This document shows, piece by piece, positions 47,484 to 55,367 of a stretch of DNA of 55,367 nucleotides. The notes below the pieces were generated by a model. It searched no databases. It worked only from the letters and a program-made list of their open reading frames with translations, and was not told the origin of the DNA. Origin of the DNA: Candidatus Limnocylindria bacterium (lineage in GTDB: Bacteria; Chloroflexota; Limnocylindria; QHBO01); contig JBBSLF010000003.1 of NCBI GenBank assembly GCA_038255505.1, positions 1 through 55,367 of the forward strand, in the 5' to 3' direction. Every line of letters starts with the position of its first letter. The first letter of the stretch is position 1. The translations under genes and the position numbers were made by a program.

Positions 47484-48881
47484 ATGCGCTCGCGCTGCTC
47501 CCTCGTGCTCACCCTTGCTTTGCCATGGGCGCTCCTTGCCGGCTCGATTTCCGCCGCACCCGCCGCCGCGGTCACCACGACCGACGCCTCGCAGCAGTAT
47601 CTGATCCAGGCGACACTCGACCTCGCCTCCGGTCGTCTCGATGCGGTCGAGGAGATTGATCTGACCAACCGGTCACATCGTGCGATCGACCATGTGAACC
47701 TGTCGGTCGTGCCGCGAGGGCTTGGCTACTTCTCGATGGACGAGGTGGCCGTGGATGGGGAGCGGGTCGATATCGAATGGACAACCTCGATCAACCTGCG
47801 TGTTCCGCTCGACGATCTCGCGCCGGATGCGACTGCGCGTATCCGGATTCCGTTTCGGCTCGACGTGCGCCAGAGTCCGGATGCGTTCACCGCCCGAACC
47901 TCCGTAGAGAACGGCGTGTTCAGCTTCGGACAGTGGTTCCCGATCCTCTCGACGGAGCATGAGATCTACGGTCTCGGTGATCCGCAGATCTCCTTCAGCG
48001 CCGATGTGATCCGCCTCGAGCTCGAAACCACGACGTCGCTGCCCCGCGATGCGGTCGCCTGTCCCGGCCTCGAATCCGCGCCCGAGACAAGCGGAAGATC
48101 CTGGATCTGCGCTTCGGTCGACGTGCGCGACTTCAGCTTCGTTGTGAACCCGCGTTTCCAGCTGACCATCCGCGATGCCGATGGCACGGAGATCCGTGCT
48201 TACACCGAGACGGTCTCGGGCGCAGCGACGGCGGATCTGGCGGCTGATGGTCTCATTGGCCTGGAAGCGGCGTACGGCGAATATCCCTGGCCGGATCTCG
48301 TCCTGGCCGAGGTCGGCTCCGGCGGCGGGTTCAGCATGGAGTACCCGCGCATGATCCACCTCACGCGTGACAAGGTGGCGGATCCATACGTGGTCTATCA
48401 CGAGGTCGCGCACCAGTGGTTCTACGCGCAGATTGGCAATGACCAGCAGACGGAGCCATGGTTGGACGAAGCGTTAGCCGATTTCAGCGCTCGATACCTC
48501 ATGGGAATCGGGGAGAACGAGTGTTCGACGCGTCCCGTCGACAGCGAGGTGTTCGCGTGGGGGGCCGGAGCGACGACCGGGGGTGACTGGACCAGCTGCG
48601 ACGGCTACTTCCACGCGATCTTCTACCAGGGGACCGCCTTCCTCAACGAGCTGCAGGACGCCATGGGTGAAGAAGGCTTCTTCAGCGCCATGCGTGAATG
48701 GGTCGAGGACAACCAGCACGGCTTCGTGACCGGCCGCGAGCTTCTTCTTCACTTGCGCCGTTCGACCGATGCCGACCTGCTCCCGATCTACGACCGCTAC
48801 CTGGATGATCCCGATCCAAAGGGTCCACGTCAGCCCATCGACCTCAGCTTGTTCTCACGATCTCGCCCGATGCTGGAGTAG
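47484..48881 (+). CDS. Secreted M1-family (gluzincin) metallopeptidase
   Basis: Signal peptide, SMEYP, HEVAHQWF, WLDEALA, Y.QG. Confidence 0.88.
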   Translation: MRSRCSLVLTLALPWALLAGSISAAPAAAVTTTDASQQYLIQATLDLASGRLDAVEEIDLTNRSHRAIDHVNLSVVPRGLGYFSMDEVAVDGERVDIEWTTSINLRVPLDDLAPDATARIRIPFRLDVRQSPDAFTARTSVENGVFSFGQWFPILSTEHEIYGLGDPQISFSADVIRLELETTTSLPRDAVACPGLESAPETSGRSWICASVDVRDFSFVVNPRFQLTIRDADGTEIRAYTETVSGAATADLAADGLIGLEAAYGEYPWPDLVLAEVGSGGGFSMEYPRMIHLTRDKVADPYVVYHEVAHQWFYAQIGNDQQTEPWLDEALADFSARYLMGIGENECSTRPVDSEVFAWGAGATTGGDWTSCDGYFHAIFYQGTAFLNELQDAMGEEGFFSAMREWVEDNQHGFVTGRELLLHLRRSTDADLLPIYDRYLDDPDPKGPRQPIDLSLFSRSRPMLE

Positions 48882-49047
48882 CGCGGCGTCCATCGTGTCA
48901 GTCGAGCGCGAGAGCCACGAGTTCATGAGCCACGGCGCGCGTCATGTCTTGGTCAATCACGTAGCCGGACGACCTCAGATGCTCTGCAGGCGCACAGCAC
49001 CCGGATCAGTGCCCGTCGCCATTGCTGGGCAGCCTCATGTGCGACGA

Positions 49048-49545
49048 CTAACGCTCGCGACGACCAACGAACTCGAGGAAGCCGATGTCACCGGGTGAGT
49101 GGCCGGCCCGCGTGAGCAGGACCGCCACCTCGCTGAACTGCTGGATCCCGTGGCTGACGAGGTGCATGACGAAGTGCCAGAGCGGAAGCGTGACCTCGTC
49201 GCGCGGCGGGGGAGCGTCGAGGTCCGCATCGGTCAGGGAGGCGAGCCATGCCCGCATGTCGGTCTCGTCGCGGCGCCAGTGGTCGGCCACGGCCTGGACC
49301 GTGGGATAGTCGCCGGCCTTGAGGTCCGCATCCTCGCCCCATTCGGCCCAATCAGCACCGCGCAGCCGCTCGCGCCAGCTCCATTGCACGTCGAGCTCGT
49401 GGACCAGTGTCGCGCGCAGGTCGCGGGTGGTCACCGTGTCGGTCGAGATGAACGCATCCGCGCTCAGCTCGGTGGCGGCTCGGAGCACGGCGTCCCGTGT
49501 CCAGTACAGGTAGTCGAACAGCATGGTGGCGTCAGTTGTGCGCAT
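49048..49545 (-). CDS. DinB family protein
   Basis: LFDYLYW, LRATLVHELD..W..R, HLVSHGIQQFSEV..G.SPGD. Confidence 0.85.
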   Translation of the reverse strand: MRTTDATMLFDYLYWTRDAVLRAATELSADAFISTDTVTTRDLRATLVHELDVQWSWRERLRGADWAEWGEDADLKAGDYPTVQAVADHWRRDETDMRAWLASLTDADLDAPPPRDEVTLPLWHFVMHLVSHGIQQFSEVAVLLTRAGHSPGDIGFLEFVGRRER

Positions 49546-49580
49546 CGGTCCAGCCTGGCGTGCATTCCGGACAGGATCGG

Positions 49581-49958
49581 TCAGGAATCGGTCTGGATGA
49601 CTGACAAAATGTTGCCGGCGGGATCCTTGAACCATGCGATCGGCGGGCCTTCGCCGCGCGCGATGCCGCGCTCATCCTGGTGGAAACCCTCGCCGTAGCG
49701 CGCGAAGGTCACGCCTCGGTCCGTGAGCTCATCGACTGCCGCGTCGATATCGTTGACCTGGAAGTTCAGCACGGTGAACGTCGCCGGCTGGTGGTCGTCC
49801 TTCGGATAGATGAGCGTCGTGTGGCCCCCGCCCAGCCTGAGTGTGAGCAGACCGTTCTCCTCGCTCACCTCGACGCCGAGCGTCTGGCCGTAGAAGTCCT
49901 TCGCGGCCGGGATGTCATTCGACGAGAATCCGGAGAACGCGTTGTTGTCTTTGAGCAT
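49581..49958 (-). CDS. VOC/glyoxalase family protein
   Basis: [35 protein letters not shown]; GAGG SD before ATG 49958. Confidence 0.92.
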   Translation of the reverse strand: MLKDNNAFSGFSSNDIPAAKDFYGQTLGVEVSEENGLLTLRLGGGHTTLIYPKDDHQPATFTVLNFQVNDIDAAVDELTDRGVTFARYGEGFHQDERGIARGEGPPIAWFKDPAGNILSVIQTDS

Positions 49959-49985
49959 GGGGTCCTCGATTCCTTTTGGAGGTAA

Positions 49986-50015
49986 GACCGATGAACTTCG
50001 CTGCAATCATCGGTC
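49986..50015. promoter_or_regulatory. Palindromic element GACCGATGA-N12-TCATCGGTC (candidate ECF promoter or operator)
   Basis: Perfect 9-bp inverted repeat between divergent VOC and DinB genes; reads CGATGA-N18-GTC on both strands. Confidence 0.55.
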
Positions 50016-50095
50016 CATGCGTGCGGGAATGCGGTGGGGCAAGGCCTTTGTCGCCGGGCTCTTTGAACTCACGCCACGGCTGGTAAGGTGCCGCG

Positions 50096-50608
50096 GTGAG
50101 CACCTCGTTGCTGGCCGACGCCTTCCGCCACCACGCGTGGGCGACGCGGCGAGTGATCGATGCGTGTCTCGCGCTCACGCCTGACCAGATGGAGACTTCG
50201 GTTCCCGGGACCTTCGGCTCCATTTCCGAAACGATGCGCCACATGGTCAGCTCCGACGCCTGGTACCTGTTCACCTTGACCGATGACCGTTCCCACCTCA
50301 TCGACGGAACTCACCTGGGTCTTCCGGAGCTGCGCGCTGTGGTGGAGCGAAACGACGCTGCATGGTCGCTGCTATTGAACAAGGAGCTCGATCCGGATTC
50401 CGTCCTGACCGAGGTCGATGACGACGACGGATACCAGAAGAGGGCACCGATCGGTATCCGTCTCGCGCAGGCACTGCACCACGGGACCGATCACCGCAGT
50501 CAGATCTGCACGGCTCTCACGGCGCTGGGCATGGAACCACCGGCCATCGATGCCTGGGACTTCGGCATCGACGACGGCCGGGTCATCGAGATTCCGCCCA
50601 CGCCGTAA
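50096..50608 (+). CDS. DinB family protein
   Basis: FRHHAWAT, GTFGSI..TMRH, QALHHGTDHRSQ, PPAIDAW. Confidence 0.88.
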   Translation: MSTSLLADAFRHHAWATRRVIDACLALTPDQMETSVPGTFGSISETMRHMVSSDAWYLFTLTDDRSHLIDGTHLGLPELRAVVERNDAAWSLLLNKELDPDSVLTEVDDDDGYQKRAPIGIRLAQALHHGTDHRSQICTALTALGMEPPAIDAWDFGIDDGRVIEIPPTP

Positions 50609-50677
50609 CTGACGGGATACCGCAAACCCGCCCAACGTTGTGAAAGCGTCACTCAGATCCGCGCAACGGCTTCCTGA

Positions 50678-50868
50678 TGTGCGCTCAGTGCACGGATCTG
50701 CGACGCGGCCCTCCGGAAAATCCGATCTCCGCTCAGTTCTTGCATCGGATGCACAGAGGAGCGCGTAACGCTCGGCGGGGGCCCACCCGTTTGACCCGAT
50801 CAATGCGCTGAGCGCACGACTTGAAGGCATCCGAAGCGCCGGCCGTAGATCCGTGCGCTGAGCGCACA
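50678..50868. repeat. REP/MITE-like element with 25-bp terminal inverted repeats and a third internal palindrome copy
   Basis: TGTGCGCTCAGTGCACGGATCTGCG (50678-702) versus CGTAGATCCGTGCGCTGAGCGCACA (50844-68), 2 mismatches; GATCAATGCGCTGAGCGCAC at 50798-817. Confidence 0.8.
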
Positions 50869-50878
50869 AGAGCGGGAT

Positions 50879-52456
<1,578 letters not shown>

Positions 52457-52505
52457 GGGCGCATTGTCTCAGCCACCGGGACTTGTCGTTCGGTATGGTG
52501 CACGC

Positions 52506-53147
52506 ATGTTCGGCCGCCGCACGCTTCCGCCACCGCTCGACCTCGATTGGCCGATGAAGGCGTGGGAGGATGCCGAGCTCGAACTTCGCTACGAGCGCGC
52601 GCACATGATGATGACCATCGAACACGAGCTGGTGCGAGGCGTGACGCCGGCGATGATCGATTGGTGGTTCCGGCACATCGGCGGCGAGATGGAGATCAAC
52701 GGTCGAACCTACTCCCGGTACCGGGTATGGCATCCGTTCGACCACATCGACTGGCAGCTCGTCGAGGGCGATCCCGCGCACGTGGGCGTCGGCGCGAAAA
52801 TCCGGATCATCGAAGCGTTCAGCCGTAATCCGGCATGGCTCGTCGACAGCGTCGAGACCGTGACGAAGCTGGACGAGACCGGGATCCGGCTGGAGCGTCA
52901 CATCTTGGGATCCGAGGTCTTCAGCCTCGAGCACTGGTTCGAGCCGGCTGACGGCGGCACCCGCTACCGGTCGCGCATGGAGCTCGGGGCCGACACGCTG
53001 TTCGGACGCGTGCTCTTCAACCGTCTCATTCGACCGATGATCTTCTCCGACCTCATGGGTCCGGCGTGGCTCATGCACAACGTGGAGGAGGTCGGCAACC
53101 TGGAGCACTTCCTCCCGGCGCTTTACGCGCGCGAAGCCGGACCGTAG
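52506..53147 (+). CDS. PhlG/DAPG hydrolase-like protein (Bet v1 fold)
   Basis: GVTPAMIDWWF, RYRVWHPFDH, HNVEEVGNLEHFLPALY; TATGGT 6 nt upstream. Confidence 0.72.
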   Translation: MFGRRTLPPPLDLDWPMKAWEDAELELRYERAHMMMTIEHELVRGVTPAMIDWWFRHIGGEMEINGRTYSRYRVWHPFDHIDWQLVEGDPAHVGVGAKIRIIEAFSRNPAWLVDSVETVTKLDETGIRLERHILGSEVFSLEHWFEPADGGTRYRSRMELGADTLFGRVLFNRLIRPMIFSDLMGPAWLMHNVEEVGNLEHFLPALYAREAGP

Positions 53148-53719
53148 CTCTGCGACTTGATCGGTCGTCCAGCGGCGGAATCGGCGAGCAGCGTTTCGAA
53201 GCGTCGTTCACGCGTCGTTGCTTGCTTGGCCGACATCACCCAGTACGTGACGGTGCGTCGATACGACGGCGTCCGCGACTGCCAGTAGGCCCAGGCAGTG
53301 GCATCGGCCTCGAAGCGCGCCTGCCAATCCGGCGGAAACTCCTGCGGCGCGTTCTCGTACGCGTAGATCGCGTCCTTGCGCCGATCCCGCTCCTCGAACG
53401 CCCGGATGCCGGCCGGGTGCATGCGCCCCGCAGCTCGCAGCTCCGCAACCTTGGCGATATTCACCGCACTCCAGATGCTCGTCTTCCGGCGTGGCGTGAA
53501 GCGGTTGGTGTGGACCTCGTCATCAATCCGTTTCCCGATGCCGTCGATCCACCCGTAGCAGAGCGCCTCTTCGACGGCCTCGCGGTAGGACATGGAATTC
53601 TTCGGAACACCCTTCTTGTAGTAGCCAACCCAAAGCTCGGTGGCGGTCTGGTGATGTTCATCCAGCCAGGCACGGAAGTCGGCCGCCGCCTGAAAGATGC
53701 GGACGTCATGAGGCTCCAT
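53123..53719 (-). CDS. YdeI/OmpD-associated family protein
   Basis: FRAWL, EALCYGWIDG, FTPRR..WSAVN, AKQATTRERR. Confidence 0.9.
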   Translation of the reverse strand: MEPHDVRIFQAAADFRAWLDEHHQTATELWVGYYKKGVPKNSMSYREAVEEALCYGWIDGIGKRIDDEVHTNRFTPRRKTSIWSAVNIAKVAELRAAGRMHPAGIRAFEERDRRKDAIYAYENAPQEFPPDWQARFEADATAWAYWQSRTPSYRRTVTYWVMSAKQATTRERRFETLLADSAAGRPIKSQSYGPASRA

Positions 53720-53722
53720 GGG

Positions 53723-53926
53723 TCAGCCCCGACTGCGTTCAAAGCGTCGCAGGAGCCAGGTGGCAATCAGATCGACGGCGTAGAAAATCGCAAGCACAAC
53801 GCCCAGGATGAGCGCGGTGAGGATCGGCTCGTCCAGGCCGCTCAGGAACGGACCGATCAAGATGCCGAATCCGATCATGACGATGCCAGTGATCAGGCCG
53901 ACCACGATGAAACGACTCCAGGACAT
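53723..53926 (-). CDS. Small 2-TM membrane protein
   Basis: 67 aa with two hydrophobic helices; 6-nt and 3-nt gaps to its neighbours. Confidence 0.65.
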   Translation of the reverse strand: MSWSRFIVVGLITGIVMIGFGILIGPFLSGLDEPILTALILGVVLAIFYAVDLIATWLLRRFERSRG

Positions 53927-53932
53927 CGGGGC

Positions 53933-54799
53933 CTACCAGCCTCCGGCGTCGCGGATGAGCCGATGAAGCACACGACCAGCCACCAGCCGCCGATAGTCCG
54001 CGGTCGAGCGCACGTCGTCGATGGGGGAGAGCTCGCTCGTCAGGGCCTCCACCGCCGCATCGGCGGTCTCACGCGTGGGTCCCAGTCCTTCGAGCGCTGC
54101 CTCGGTGGCACGGGCGCGAACGGTCGTCGCCGCGATCGATCCGAGTGCAAGGCGGACATCGGACCATGTCTCGCCGGAATCGGTCCAGGCGAGCGCCATG
54201 ACCACCTTGCTGATGGCCTGTGCACGGCGCGTCCCAACCTTTCGGAAACGAACCTGCCGGTTGGGAGCCAACGGGACGCGGATCCGGATCAACAGCTCGT
54301 CATCTCGCGCTGCGGTCGTGCGATACGACGGCCAGAAGTCGTCGGCATCGACCCGGCGCTCACCGTTAGCGGAGCCCAGGACCAGCTCAGCTCCCAGCGC
54401 CAGGAGCACCGGCAGGGTATCGCCGGCCGGGGAAGCGTTCATGACGTTGCCACCGAGCGTCCCACGATTCTGGATCTGCGCCGCACCAATCGTCGCGGCC
54501 GCCTCCGCGAGCGCCGGGACGTGTTCGGCGACGAGGGGAGATCGTCGAAGATCGGTGTAGGTGGTCAGCGCGCCGATCACGAGCGCGTCGGTATCCACGC
54601 TTATCCCGCGCAAGTCTTCGAGCGCCCAGATGTCGAGGACGCGCTCCGGTGGCTCGCCGATCTCGCCGGCGATCTGGACCAGCATGTCGGTACCACCGGC
54701 GAGCGGACGCCATGGCACTCCGTCGGCTCCCGCCAGAAGCGCGTACGCGGCATCCAGGCCGGTGGGGGATTCGGACGGCGGTTCGACCGCGTTCGGCAT
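53933..54799 (-). CDS. Molybdenum hydroxylase FAD-binding subunit (CoxM/XdhB-like)
   Basis: LAGGTD, IGAAQIQNRGTLGGN, ASPAGD, PIDDVRSTADYR. Confidence 0.93.
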   Translation of the reverse strand: MPNAVEPPSESPTGLDAAYALLAGADGVPWRPLAGGTDMLVQIAGEIGEPPERVLDIWALEDLRGISVDTDALVIGALTTYTDLRRSPLVAEHVPALAEAAATIGAAQIQNRGTLGGNVMNASPAGDTLPVLLALGAELVLGSANGERRVDADDFWPSYRTTAARDDELLIRIRVPLAPNRQVRFRKVGTRRAQAISKVVMALAWTDSGETWSDVRLALGSIAATTVRARATEAALEGLGPTRETADAAVEALTSELSPIDDVRSTADYRRLVAGRVLHRLIRDAGGW

Positions 54800-54806
54800 C
54801 GGCGCT

Positions 54807-54944
54807 TCAGCCTCGAAGGCCGCGAATGATGCGCAGGACCACGAACAGGCCAATCAGCGCCAGGATCACCTGCCCGGGCGTCAGCGCCAGGGTGACGTCG
54901 TGGTCGTCGAGCGCCTCATGGACGGTCTCTGTCGTATCGGTCAT
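54807..54944 (-). CDS. 45-aa single-TM peptide
   Basis: MTDTTETVHEALDDHDVTLALTPGQVILALIGLFVVLRIIRGLRG; ATGA overlap with the upstream gene and GGAGGG SD. Confidence 0.65.
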   Translation of the reverse strand: MTDTTETVHEALDDHDVTLALTPGQVILALIGLFVVLRIIRGLRG

Positions 54945-55367
54945 GGGTGAGCCCTCCGTTCGGCTGCCAACGCAATCGCGCTGATGATCTTGGTGTAGCC
55001 CGTGCACCGGCACAGGTTGCCGGCGATCGCCTCGCGAATATTGTCGTCGCTGGCTTCCATGCCGGATGCCAGGAATGCCTCGCCGGCCATGAGCATTCCG
55101 GGCGTGCAGATGCCGCACTGCGCCCCCCCGGTCTCGAGGAACGCCTGCTGAAGCACGCCGAGGGTGCCCGGTGCGGCGAGGCCCTCGACGGTGCTGATGT
55201 GCGTGCCCTGCGCCTGGCTGACGGGCACCAGGCAAGCGTCCACCACTGCGCCATCCAGCAGGACGGAGCAGGCGCCGCACTCGCCCTCGCCACACCCTTC
55301 CTTGGTCCCGGTCAGCCGCAGATCCTCGCGCAGCACGTCGAGCAGCCGCTTCCACGGCGAGGCCTCG
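54941..55367 (-). CDS. Molybdenum hydroxylase 2Fe-2S subunit (CoxS/XdhC-like), 5' end outside the window
   Basis: RLLDVLREDL.LTGTKEGCGEGECGAC, QCGICTPG, GNLCRCTGY. Confidence 0.94.
   Translation of the reverse strand, partial: EASPWKRLLDVLREDLRLTGTKEGCGEGECGACSVLLDGAVVDACLVPVSQAQGTHISTVEGLAAPGTLGVLQQAFLETGGAQCGICTPGMLMAGEAFLASGMEASDDNIREAIAGNLCRCTGYTKIISAIALAAERRAHP

Noticed and set aside
48882-49047. 166-nt gap with a short protein-like minus-strand frame (EHLRSSGYVIDQDMTRAVAHELVALALD*)
   Set aside because: Interrupted by an upstream stop and unidentifiable; at most a decayed fragment.
53066-54829. 587-aa plus-strand ORF
   Set aside because: Antisense to three supported minus-strand genes; no recognisable domain.

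Overview
High-GC bacterial chromosomal region with about 55 genes, mostly housekeeping and metabolic. I found no transposases, integrases, prophage genes, CRISPR arrays, rRNA or tRNA. Gene content and style (CxxC-x17-CxxC zinc-ribbon protein, pheT-cvpA-mpg-mutS2 order, Pro/Thr-linker secreted proteins, pervasive leaderless promoters) suggest a Chloroflexota-like monoderm; this is inference. From left to right: a truncated TM0106-type nuclease, a WYL regulator, msrB, threonine aldolase, a class III aminotransferase, a membrane Mo-oxidoreductase, a lone PilZ-bearing cellulose synthase, paaABCD, thrS, infC (CTG start)-rpmI-rplT, pheST, cvpA, mpg, mutS2, a class A PBP, tyrS, an EF-G paralogue, yebC-ruvC-ruvA, a urate-degradation cluster, murJ, peptidases, DinB/VOC genes, malate synthase, and part of a Mo-hydroxylase operon. 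The best candidates for new biology are (1) a purine-to-glyoxylate pathway with a GNAT-OHCU decarboxylase fusion and a DUF3830 protein where the allantoate steps are missing, (2) a stand-alone BcsA facing a secreted caspase-like/DPBB protein, (3) several structured non-coding elements (a 118-nt rod inside the paa operon, a REP-like inverted-repeat element, an SD-sequestering leader), and (4) micro membrane proteins inside the Mo-hydroxylase operon. All family assignments come from motif recognition by eye; no database searches were run.
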